A stretch of 24,114 bases of DNA, taken from a virus (taxonomy: Duplodnaviria > Caudoviricetes). The DNA is taken from positions 1-24,114 of the IMG/VR virus record IMGVR_UViG_3300005805_000487, one strand, 5' to 3'. This document shows, piece by piece, positions 6,813 through 14,993 of this stretch. Each line of letters begins with the position of its first letter. The stretch's first letter is position 1. The translations under genes and the position numbers were made by a program. The notes under the pieces are model-generated. The model made no database searches and had not been told where the DNA came from. It saw only the letters and a list, made by a program, of their open reading frames with translations.

Positions 6813-7656
6813 AGAAAAACTTCAGATATCCTTTAGCGGTGGACGCACAAGTGCTTATATGACAAAACTTATCTTAGATAATTGGAAAGATAAGTATGAT
6901 TTTATTGTTACTTTTGCTAACACAGGTAAAGAACATCCTAAAACATTAGAATTTATTCATAATTGTGATACAATCTTTGGCTTTAACACAGTATGGTTAG
7001 AGGCTAATGTTTTTATGGATGAACGCAAAGGAACAGGTTTTAAAATAGTATCTTATGATACAGCCAGCAGGGATGGAAAACCCTTTGAAAAAGTTATTCA
7101 AAAATATGGGGTGCCTAATCCAAGCTATCTGCATTGCACAAGAGAATTAAAACTAGCTCCAATGCGTTCTTATCTTTCTAGTTTAGGAATAAATCATAAA
7201 GAAATTCCTACTGCTATTGGGATACGTGCAGATGAAAAAAGAAGAATCAGTAAAACAGCAGGGATAGATAACATAATCTATCCTCTTATTACTGATTGGC
7301 CTTCTGATAAACAAGATGTTCTTGACTTCTGGGAAGATCAGTTGTTTGATTTAGGTTTAGATGAATGGGATGGGAACTGCGTTGGTTGTTTTAAGAAATC
7401 CTTTAAAAAGATTTTTAAACAGCTCGACACAGATTCTACTTATCTTGATTGGCATAAAAGTATGGAGCAGAAATATGGATCTGTAAAATGTCCTATAGAA
7501 AACACTAAACGTGTATTTTTTAGAGGAAATACATCAGCAGAAGGAGTAATTGAAATGTGGAAACAAGATAGACAGAACAGTCCAACACAGTTAACTCTTG
7601 ATTTATATGAAAACGGAGGATGCTCAGAGTCCTGTGAAGTATATGAATCAACCTAA
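6802..7656 (+). CDS. PAPS-reductase/DndC-like PP-loop (adenine nucleotide alpha hydrolase) protein, probable Fe-S cluster
   Basis: SFSGGRTS PP-loop, FANTGKE, CTRELK, GIRADE, GNCVGC, C-terminal GCSESC; markedly AT-rich. Confidence 0.85.
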   Translation: MSSKEKLQISFSGGRTSAYMTKLILDNWKDKYDFIVTFANTGKEHPKTLEFIHNCDTIFGFNTVWLEANVFMDERKGTGFKIVSYDTASRDGKPFEKVIQKYGVPNPSYLHCTRELKLAPMRSYLSSLGINHKEIPTAIGIRADEKRRISKTAGIDNIIYPLITDWPSDKQDVLDFWEDQLFDLGLDEWDGNCVGCFKKSFKKIFKQLDTDSTYLDWHKSMEQKYGSVKCPIENTKRVFFRGNTSAEGVIEMWKQDRQNSPTQLTLDLYENGGCSESCEVYEST

Positions 7657-8344
7657 GACTGCATTGATAGATGCTGATTTTTTAGTCTACCGTATAGGAT
7701 TTACTACAGAAGACGCACCTGTTAAGATAGCAAAGGCAAGATTGACAGAGTGGTTAGAAGACTTTATTTACATTAATCTCAAGGCTGATAATTATCTAGC
7801 TTGGATTACTGGAAGAGGAAACTACCGCTACGAAATTGCCAAGACAGTGCCGTACAAAGGCAACCGTAAGAATGTACAACGACCTAAGCACTACGAAGCC
7901 TTAAGAGAGCATCTAGTAAAACGTCACGGTGCAGTCCTCACGGTTGGTGACGAAGCTGACGATGCCGCAGCCATTGAATCAACTAAACTTTTAGATAAAT
8001 GCTGGATTGTTCACGTGGATAAGGACTTGGATCAGCTTCAAGGATGGCATTACAACCCTGTGAAGGATCAGAAATACTATGTTAATGAATTCGAGGCTTA
8101 TAAATCGTTTTGTCTTCAGTTGCTTACAGGTGACAGGACGGATAACATTCCCGGCTTACAAGGCGTTGGCCCGAAGAAGGCTGAAAAAGCTCTTAAAGAC
8201 TCGAAGACTAAGCAAGAGCTTCTGGAGACAGCGTGGGAAAAGTATCAAGAACTTGGACATACGTTGGAGTATTTTACGGAACAGGGACAGCTACTATGGC
8301 TGAGACGTTATGAAGGGGAGATATGGCAACCAAACGTAACCTGA
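7643..8344 (+). CDS. T7 gp6-like 5'-3' exonuclease (FEN/PIN fold)
   Basis: LIDAD, YKGNR, EADD, DKDL and H3TH motif GDRTDNIPGLQGVGPKKA. Confidence 0.93.
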   Translation: MNQPKTALIDADFLVYRIGFTTEDAPVKIAKARLTEWLEDFIYINLKADNYLAWITGRGNYRYEIAKTVPYKGNRKNVQRPKHYEALREHLVKRHGAVLTVGDEADDAAAIESTKLLDKCWIVHVDKDLDQLQGWHYNPVKDQKYYVNEFEAYKSFCLQLLTGDRTDNIPGLQGVGPKKAEKALKDSKTKQELLETAWEKYQELGHTLEYFTEQGQLLWLRRYEGEIWQPNVT

Positions 8345-8730
8345 CAGCGAAGCAGGTAGCAACTAAGTATGGCTTCCGCAGTGGCTTGGAAGAGCGCATT
8401 GCAGAGCAGTTGGACAAGGCAGGTGTTGAATACACGTATGAGAAGTTGAAGCTAGACTATGTAAAGCCAGCATCGAAGCACGTATACACCCCTGACTTTG
8501 TGCTTTCTAACGGGATTATCATTGAGACTAAAGGTAGGTTCTTACTTGCTGATCGTCAAAAGCATATTCTTGTTAAGAGACACAATCCAACACTTGATAT
8601 TAGGTTTGTCTTTAGCAACTCTAATGCAAGGATTAGCAAAGCAAGCACCACGACATATGCACAATGGTGTATAAAGAATGGATTTAAGTATGCTGATAAA
8701 ACTATTCCAGAGGAGTGGATGAATGAGTAA
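8323..8730 (+). CDS. T7 gp3-like endonuclease I (Holliday junction resolvase)
   Basis: FRSGLEE, YTPDF, IETKGRF, DIRFVF, TTYAQWC motifs. Confidence 0.95.
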   Translation: MATKRNLTAKQVATKYGFRSGLEERIAEQLDKAGVEYTYEKLKLDYVKPASKHVYTPDFVLSNGIIIETKGRFLLADRQKHILVKRHNPTLDIRFVFSNSNARISKASTTTYAQWCIKNGFKYADKTIPEEWMNE

Positions 8731-8739
8731 GGAATTACG

Positions 8740-8979
8740 ATGAATAGTATTTTTAAACTGTTAGAAAACCCTAACTTAAAAGATGTAGTGTATGATGTGA
8801 TTGACATCCTTGTTGTCGAACGATTGCAAGAACATTACATCATGTGTTTAGACTTTGATGACTTTGATACAGCTAAGGATATTCTTGCTGTACTTCGTTA
8901 CTTCACTACATATGAAGAATTCAATGCTTTCTTAAAGGAGACTCGTTATGCAGGTTACACTGATCAAGGAAAACGATGA
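8740..8979 (+). CDS. Hypothetical protein
   Basis: TAAGGA RBS. Confidence 0.7.
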   Translation: MNSIFKLLENPNLKDVVYDVIDILVVERLQEHYIMCLDFDDFDTAKDILAVLRYFTTYEEFNAFLKETRYAGYTDQGKR

Positions 8980-9145
8980 TGGCTCAGCTAACTACAACTT
9001 TGACCTGACAAGGGAAGAAGAAATAAATCTAGTACGGTATGGTTTATTAGCTTCGTTGAAAGACGCTATCCGACTAGGTGATGAATTGAAAGTAGTAGAG
9101 GACGAAGAAGATGAACAAAGTACGGACAGTCTGGGCAACACCTGA
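8948..9145 (+). CDS. Hypothetical protein
   Basis: AAGGAG RBS; acidic tail overlaps the thyX start. Confidence 0.7.
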   Translation: MQVTLIKENDDGSANYNFDLTREEEINLVRYGLLASLKDAIRLGDELKVVEDEEDEQSTDSLGNT

Positions 9146-9737
9146 AGGTGAAGACCTCATAGCGTACATGGCTCGTGTCAGTGCTCCTGCTAACCAAGAT
9201 AACAAAGAGACAGCACCCAAGCTGATCAAGTATCTTATAAAGCACAAGCACTGGAGTCCTTTGGAGATGGTTAACATCTGTATGGAGATTGAGACTACCC
9301 GTGACATTGCTAGGCAGATTCTTCGGCATCGTAGCTTTAGCTTTCAGGAGTTCTCTCAGAGATACGCAGAAGTGGATACCTTTCAGCTCTCCGAAGCACG
9401 TATGCAGGACTTAAAGAACAGGCAGAACAGCTTAGAGACTAAAGACCTATCCCTGATGTATTGGTGGGAAGGTGCTCAGAATAGGGTACTAGATGACGCT
9501 AAGTTCATGTACGAATCTGCTCTTAAGAAAGGCATTGCAAAGGAAGTAGCTCGTAAGCTCCTGCCTGAAGGCCTGACAATGAGTAGGATGTATATGAATG
9601 GTACACTTCGTAGTTGGTTACATTACATTGATATTCGTTGTGATGAAGCTACTCAGAAGGAACATAGAGATGTAGCCGAACTCTGTAAAGCAGAGATTGT
9701 TAAACACTTTCCAAATGTGATTTCATATGCTAATTGA
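9111..9737 (+). CDS. thyX: Flavin-dependent thymidylate synthase
   Basis: ThyX signature RHRSFSFQEFSQRY; H.SPLE; KEVARKLLP. Confidence 0.96.
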   Translation: MNKVRTVWATPEGEDLIAYMARVSAPANQDNKETAPKLIKYLIKHKHWSPLEMVNICMEIETTRDIARQILRHRSFSFQEFSQRYAEVDTFQLSEARMQDLKNRQNSLETKDLSLMYWWEGAQNRVLDDAKFMYESALKKGIAKEVARKLLPEGLTMSRMYMNGTLRSWLHYIDIRCDEATQKEHRDVAELCKAEIVKHFPNVISYAN

Positions 9738-9906
9738 TCCACCACGAGGATGGGCTTATGGGTTTCCTAAGAAGCTACCTAGCCCACCTCCAGACAACCT
9801 TCATTTCTGGTTAATCGAACAAGGTTATCCAGAGGAGGAAATTAAATCTTACGGCAAATACTTCTTTTGTCGTTATCTTTCAGAGGATGACAATGACACT
9901 AAATGA
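9727..9906 (+). CDS. Small phage protein, 59 aa (IDPP.GW.YGFPK...WLIEQGYP)
   Basis: Fills the thyX-mazG gap with short overlaps at both ends; below the ORF-track size cutoff. Confidence 0.7.
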   Translation: MLIDPPRGWAYGFPKKLPSPPPDNLHFWLIEQGYPEEEIKSYGKYFFCRYLSEDDNDTK

Positions 9907-10201
9907 GTATCAACTACTAGCGTATAAGACAGCACTAGAGACAGCTAAGAACCCTGCTTACATGGTAGCTAACCTTACCTCTGAAGCTGGTGAGGTATCA
10001 GGTAAATATGCCAAATGGGTGCGAGATGGTTTCTTAGACGAAGAAGGTATGCAGAAAGAAGTAGGTGATGTCCTGTGGCAGATTGCAGGACTGTCTACTG
10101 TGATGGGTTGGAGTTTAGCAGATATTGCTAGTCAGAACTTACGTAAGCTTGCAGAACGTCAAGCTAATAACACTTTGAAAGGATCAGGCGATGAACGATA
10201 A
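9893..10201 (+). CDS. mazG: MazG-like NTP pyrophosphohydrolase
   Basis: EAGEV...KEVGDVLW metal-binding motif; NLRKLAER...GSGDER; GAGGA RBS favours 9893 over 9887. Confidence 0.9.
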   Translation: MTLNEYQLLAYKTALETAKNPAYMVANLTSEAGEVSGKYAKWVRDGFLDEEGMQKEVGDVLWQIAGLSTVMGWSLADIASQNLRKLAERQANNTLKGSGDER

Positions 10202-10514
10202 AGATATGCAGAAATACTCTTTTACTTACACTGATTGTGAGGGTAAGAAGTATGAGAAAACTATTACTACTCCCGGTTGTACTTGGATGGAGTGTATGAA
10301 CGACTATGTACGATTCCTAGAGTCTATATTCCAATACGACATCATGGACAAGGTGCGACTGAAAGAGCCTGCATATCTTTCATCCATGTATGAACATTAT
10401 TCTGATTACATTGATCCTTGGACAGGTGAATACTTTGTAGATGGGCCTGCTGAAGTAGATCAACAAGAGGAAGAAGACGATGAAGATTTTGGTAATCCCG
10501 GCTTAAGTGATTGA
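10191..10514 (+). CDS. Hypothetical protein with acidic tail; last four codons and stop appear to be supplied by the adjacent insertion
   Basis: AAGGA upstream; ends DEDFGNPGLSD. Confidence 0.75.
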   Translation: MNDKDMQKYSFTYTDCEGKKYEKTITTPGCTWMECMNDYVRFLESIFQYDIMDKVRLKEPAYLSSMYEHYSDYIDPWTGEYFVDGPAEVDQQEEEDDEDFGNPGLSD

Positions 10515-10916
10515 TAAAATATGCGTAAAAACTATGGACATTATGTAGGAAAAACAGCAGCGGAGTACCATCAAGATTACCGTTTGCGGAAACCTGAACA
10601 ATGTCTTCTTTCTTCCGCTAGAAACCGAGCACGAAAAAAAGGAATACCTTTTGATATTACAGTAGAGGATATTTTTATCCCTGAAAACTGCCCTATCTTA
10701 GGAATTCCTTTAACACGTAATTTAGGCGCTCACGGAGGAACTTTTTCATCCGCTAGTTTAGATAAAATAGTTCCTGATCTTGGGTATGTCAAAGGAAACG
10801 TGCAGGTTATTTCTTTACTCGCAAACAACATGAAAAGTAACGCTACTAAAGAACAGCTTTTATTGTTTGCGGAATGGATTAAAAAGGAGTATTCATGAAA
10901 ATCTTGGTCGTGCCGG
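10502..10916 (+). mobile_element. 415-bp free-standing endonuclease insertion with recoded duplicate gene ends
   Basis: 10480-10514 and 10895-10929 are diverged copies (23/35 identical) sharing a central CCGG; removing the segment recreates overlapping intact genes. Confidence 0.75.
10521..10898 (+). CDS. His-Me finger (HNH-like) putative homing endonuclease
   Basis: AR.RARKKGIPFDIT, CPILG, SLDKI...GYVKGNVQVIS..AN.MK beta-beta-alpha-metal pattern; AT-rich. Confidence 0.8.
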   Translation: MRKNYGHYVGKTAAEYHQDYRLRKPEQCLLSSARNRARKKGIPFDITVEDIFIPENCPILGIPLTRNLGAHGGTFSSASLDKIVPDLGYVKGNVQVISLLANNMKSNATKEQLLLFAEWIKKEYS

Positions 10917-11671
10917 ACTGTCAGATTAAAGAGGGAGTACCTACAGAACACCTTGAGTGGGCAGGTAAGGCAATTTGTGACTATCGACCAGATGTTGTTA
11001 TAAACATTGGTGACTTTGCAGATATGCCTTCTTTGTCCACTCACGATGTCAAAGGCTCTAAGTACTTTGAAGGTCTGCGGTACAAGAAAGATGTAGAGGT
11101 TGTTAAGCAGGCTATGAAGAAGCTTCTGCAACCTCTGCGTGACTTGCAGAAGACTCAGAAGGAATCCAAACATAAGGTTTACAAGCCTCGTCTAGTATTA
11201 ACACTAGGTAACCATGAAAATCGTATCAATCGTGCGGTTAATAATAACCCAACCTTGGAGGGATTAATTTCCACTGAGGATTTACAATATTCAAAAGATT
11301 GGGAAGTACATGAATTCTTACATCCTGTTTTTATCAATGGTGTTGGTTTCAACCATTATTGGCCTGTTGGAGCAATGGGTAGGCCCGCTAGTTCTGCTAG
11401 CACTATTATCAATAAGCTCCATATGTCTTGTGTTGCTGGTCATCAACAAGGAAAGCAAATAGCCTACGGTAAACGTGCTGATGGTAAGCCTATCTGTGCT
11501 ATCATTGCAGGTAGTTATTATCTACATGATGAGGACTATATGGATCAACTCTCTAACCGTCATTGGCGTGGGTTGGTAATGTTAAACGATGTCAAGGATG
11601 GCGGCTTTGATGAGATGCTGTTGTCTATTGAATATTTAGGAAGGAAGTACGGTGACAGCAAACAAATGTAA
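10895..11671 (+). CDS. Calcineurin-like metallophosphoesterase
   Basis: PDCQ, GDFAD, GNHE, H, GHQQ motifs; AAGGAG RBS. Confidence 0.9.
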   Translation: MKILVVPDCQIKEGVPTEHLEWAGKAICDYRPDVVINIGDFADMPSLSTHDVKGSKYFEGLRYKKDVEVVKQAMKKLLQPLRDLQKTQKESKHKVYKPRLVLTLGNHENRINRAVNNNPTLEGLISTEDLQYSKDWEVHEFLHPVFINGVGFNHYWPVGAMGRPASSASTIINKLHMSCVAGHQQGKQIAYGKRADGKPICAIIAGSYYLHDEDYMDQLSNRHWRGLVMLNDVKDGGFDEMLLSIEYLGRKYGDSKQM

Positions 11672-12113
11672 TACGTGCTTTTACATGAAGATGGATAAGG
11701 ACTTGGAAGCACCTTGTGTGACTTGTAATGGCTACTCTAATTGGGTTCCTTTTACGATGTACACAAATCCTCAGCATGGCCCCACTACTCTAAAGGAAGC
11801 TATTAACGAGTGGTTTGAAGAAGGAAAAGGCGTGTCTCAGGAAGACTACTGGACTAGCCCTCAGCACGATGCTATCAATAAACCTAAACACTATATGTTG
11901 TTCCCGGAGAAAAACATTGAGGTACGGGATGTCATCGAGAAGCTGGTTGATAAGATTGAATGGAGACCTAATAGTTCATTGTTCATTGCAGACTATGTAC
12001 AGATGATGCAGTACCTTATGCGCTTCATGGACAAGAATGGTGTTGAAGACCTAAAGAAAGCTCGTTGGTATTTAGACAAGCTTGTAGATGCTTATGACGA
12101 GCCTGACTTTTGA
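11652..12113 (+). CDS. DUF3310 / T7 gp1.7-like protein (possible nucleotide kinase) with N-terminal Cys4
   Basis: DAINKPKHY...YLMR...KNGVEDLKKARWYL; CxxC...CxxC N-terminus; GTG start after AGGAAGGA. Confidence 0.8.
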   Translation: MTANKCNTCFYMKMDKDLEAPCVTCNGYSNWVPFTMYTNPQHGPTTLKEAINEWFEEGKGVSQEDYWTSPQHDAINKPKHYMLFPEKNIEVRDVIEKLVDKIEWRPNSSLFIADYVQMMQYLMRFMDKNGVEDLKKARWYLDKLVDAYDEPDF

Positions 12114-12252
12114 GGAATTAAAAGAGAGGCTTGCAATGCTGGATGAGGTTACACTGTTGGAGATATTGAACATCCACAGCTATGACCTTGTTCAGCGTTT
12201 CGAAGACTTAATTGAAGATAATCAAGATAAACTAGAAAGAGAAATTGAATGA
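12094..12252 (+). CDS. Small acidic helical protein (52 aa) upstream of the RNR gene
   Basis: MTSLTFEELKERL...; ATGA overlap with the RNR start. Confidence 0.7.
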   Translation: MTSLTFEELKERLAMLDEVTLLEILNIHSYDLVQRFEDLIEDNQDKLEREIE

Positions 12253-14165
12253 ATAATAATGATACTTTTACAATGACACCTTACAATCACTATATCGCTA
12301 AGAGTCGCTATGCACGATTCTTGGACGATAAAGGTCGCCGTGAACATTGGCCTGAGACAGTAGCTCGATACTTTGACTTTATGGAGAAACACCTGAAGAA
12401 GAACCATGACTACACATTGACAGGTGAACTGCGTAACAAGCTTCAGACAGCAGTGACTAACCTCGATGTTGTCCCTTCTATGCGTAGCATTATGACAGCA
12501 GGCGAAGCATTGGAGCGTCAGAACATTGCAGGATATAACTGCTCATACTTGCCTATTGATGACCCTAAAGGCTTCGATGAGGCTATGTATATCCTCTTGT
12601 GCGGTACAGGTGTAGGCTTTAGTGTGGAGCAGAAGTATGTCAATAAGTTGCCTGAGATTCCAGAGAAGCTGTATGACAGCAATACTGTGGTGGTCGTTAA
12701 AGACTCCAAAGAAGGATGGGCAAAGGCCTTGCGTCAGGTTATCTCCCTGCTATACGCTGGAGAAGCTCCAAAGTGGGATGTGTCTGCGGTACGTCCTGCG
12801 GGAACACGGCTTAAAACCTTTGGTGGGCGAGCTTCTGGCCCGGAACCACTCGTTGAATTGTTCAAATACGTGGTTTCTAAGTTCAAATCCGCTGCTGGTC
12901 GCAAACTTACTTCACTTGAAGCGCATGACATCTTGTGTAAGATTGGAGAAGTCGTTGTGGTTGGGGGTGTACGCCGATCAGCTATGATTAGTTTGTCTGA
13001 CTTGGGTGATGACCGTATGGCTCACGCTAAGGCAGGTAACTGGTGGGACGGTAACGGTCAACGAGCATTGGCTAACAACAGTGCAGTTTATGAAATCAAG
13101 CCTGATGTAGGTCAGTTTATGCGTGAATGGAGTAGCATTTATGAAAGTCATTCGGGAGAGCGTGGAATCTTTAATCGCTATGCTTCAGAACTTCAAGTTG
13201 CTAAGAGTGGTAGACGAAAGCTGGAACAAGAATGGGGTACTAACCCTTGTTCTGAAATTATTCTTCGCCCTTATCAGTTTTGTAATCTTTCCAGTGTTAT
13301 TGTTCGTAGCGGCGATACTGTGGATCGACTTCGGGATAAGGTCGCTATGGCGACTATTCTCGGGACTTTTCAATCGACCATGACTAACTTCCCGTACCTG
13401 CGTAAGGTATGGCAGACAAATACTGAAGAGGAACGCTTGTTGGGTGTCTCGATGACAGGGATCATGGATAATCCTTTGTTGAATAACCCTGATGATCCTG
13501 AGTTGCCAACTATCTTGGAAAGTTTGAAGAATGTTTCTATTGCTGTGAATGCTGAGTATGCTGATGCAATCGGTATTAATCGTTCTGTTGCTATTACAGC
13601 GATCAAGCCTGAAGGTACTGTCTCTCAGCTTACTAGCACTGCTAGTGGTATTCATGCTCAACATTCCTCTTACTATATTCGCCGTGTACGGTCTGATAAC
13701 AAAGACCCTTTGACTGACTTCTTGAAGTCTCAAGGATTCCCTTCAGAGCCGTGTGTGATGAAGCCTGAGAGCACTACAGTGTTTAGCTTCCCTGTAAAGG
13801 TTGCTGAAGGTGCTGTGTTGCGTGAGGACTTGAGTGCTGTCCAACACTTGAAGCTGTGGTTGATGTACCAACGTCACTACTGTGAGCATAAGCCTTCTGT
13901 TACAATCTCTGTGTTGGAACATGAGTGGCCCGAAGTCGGAGCTTGGGTGTGGCAAAACTTTGATGAGATTACAGGTGTGAGCTTCTTGCCAATGGACGGA
14001 GGCACATATCGACAGGCTCCATATGAGAGCTTTACAGCGGAAGAGTATGAGAAGATGTTAGCAATTATGCCTAAGGGTATTGATTGGGAGCAGTTCATCG
14101 AAAATACTGATAACGTGGAAGGTGCTCAAACTCTTGCGTGTGTTGCGGGTATTTGTGAAATCTAA
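12249..14165 (+). CDS. nrdJ: Class II (adenosylcobalamin-dependent) monomeric-type ribonucleotide reductase
   Basis: NCSY, GTGVGFS, TNPCSE (thiyl radical Cys), CNLS, IKPEGTVSQL, C-terminal CVAGICEI redox pair; no beta subunit in the window. Confidence 0.93.
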   Translation: MNNNDTFTMTPYNHYIAKSRYARFLDDKGRREHWPETVARYFDFMEKHLKKNHDYTLTGELRNKLQTAVTNLDVVPSMRSIMTAGEALERQNIAGYNCSYLPIDDPKGFDEAMYILLCGTGVGFSVEQKYVNKLPEIPEKLYDSNTVVVVKDSKEGWAKALRQVISLLYAGEAPKWDVSAVRPAGTRLKTFGGRASGPEPLVELFKYVVSKFKSAAGRKLTSLEAHDILCKIGEVVVVGGVRRSAMISLSDLGDDRMAHAKAGNWWDGNGQRALANNSAVYEIKPDVGQFMREWSSIYESHSGERGIFNRYASELQVAKSGRRKLEQEWGTNPCSEIILRPYQFCNLSSVIVRSGDTVDRLRDKVAMATILGTFQSTMTNFPYLRKVWQTNTEEERLLGVSMTGIMDNPLLNNPDDPELPTILESLKNVSIAVNAEYADAIGINRSVAITAIKPEGTVSQLTSTASGIHAQHSSYYIRRVRSDNKDPLTDFLKSQGFPSEPCVMKPESTTVFSFPVKVAEGAVLREDLSAVQHLKLWLMYQRHYCEHKPSVTISVLEHEWPEVGAWVWQNFDEITGVSFLPMDGGTYRQAPYESFTAEEYEKMLAIMPKGIDWEQFIENTDNVEGAQTLACVAGICEI

Positions 14166-14247
14166 GAAAGTTCTTGTTCTTATGCGGGCGGTTGAAATGA
14201 TCACCTGCATTCATATTATTGCAAATACGTGGAGGCACTGGAATTAA
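14155..14247 (+). CDS. 30-aa micropeptide linking nrdJ and phoH
   Basis: GTG start overlaps the nrdJ end; TAATG stop/start overlap with phoH. Confidence 0.5.
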   Translation: MKSKKVLVLMRAVEMITCIHIIANTWRHWN

Positions 14248-14993
14248 TGGCAACCAAACAAATGAATCGAGCTATCCCTGCAAAGGAACTAACTCCTCGT
14301 GAGAAGGCCAGCAACAGCTTGAAGTTGAAGCTAGATGACATGACAGTCATAAAGCCAAAGACAGAGAAACAGATGGACTTCTTTGAAGCCTACCAAGCCT
14401 CTAACTACTTCATGGCACTGCATGGCGTAGCGGGTACAGGTAAGACATACATTGCCTTGTACAAAGCCTTGGAAGAGGCTATGGATCGTAACAATCCCTT
14501 TAACAAGGTGACTATCATCCGTAGTAGTGTTCAAGGCAGGGACATGGGATTCTTACCGGGGGATGCTGATGAGAAGATGGAGGTTTACATTCAGCCTTAT
14601 CGTCAAATCTGTAGTGACCTCTTTAAGCGTAAGGATGCTTGGGATAGATTGGTAGAGCAAGGACATATTGAGTTTGTCTCTACATCGTTTATCCGAGGCA
14701 CTACCTTTTCTAACAGCATCATTGTTGTAGATGAGGTTCAGAATATGACCTTCGAAGAGCTTGATACAATCATTACTCGTGTTGGTGATAAGTCTAAGAT
14801 TATCTTCTGCGGCGACTACCGACAGACTGACCTGAAGAAGAAGGATGACAAGAGTGGTATATTGAAGTTCTTTGACATTGCAGGTCTGATGAAAGAGTTT
14901 ATTCGTATTGAGTTTCACATCGAGGATATTGTTCGTAGCTCACTTGTTAAGAACTATATTATTGCTCGTGTTAAATATGAGGATGGTGAATGA
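14247..14993 (+). CDS. phoH: PhoH-family ATPase
   Basis: Walker A GVAGTGKT, GFLPG, FIRGTTF, VDEVQN, GDYRQTD, DIVRS; GGAGG RBS at 14231-14235. Confidence 0.95.
   Translation: MATKQMNRAIPAKELTPREKASNSLKLKLDDMTVIKPKTEKQMDFFEAYQASNYFMALHGVAGTGKTYIALYKALEEAMDRNNPFNKVTIIRSSVQGRDMGFLPGDADEKMEVYIQPYRQICSDLFKRKDAWDRLVEQGHIEFVSTSFIRGTTFSNSIIVVDEVQNMTFEELDTIITRVGDKSKIIFCGDYRQTDLKKKDDKSGILKFFDIAGLMKEFIRIEFHIEDIVRSSLVKNYIIARVKYEDGE

Noticed and set aside
10502-10916. Group I intron or intein explanation for the endonuclease insert
   Set aside because: Under 40 nt of the insert lies outside the ORF, too little for a ribozyme core; the ORF has its own start and stop, and both flanking genes are complete without splicing.
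13185-13733. 182-aa antisense ORF inside nrdJ (and similar ones inside primase, polA and phoH)
   Set aside because: Expected antisense shadows of long coding genes; no recognisable domains.
12249-14165. Class I RNR alpha subunit, or an intein/intron in nrdJ or polA
   Set aside because: No beta subunit and no C-terminal YY pair; both genes are continuous and compact.
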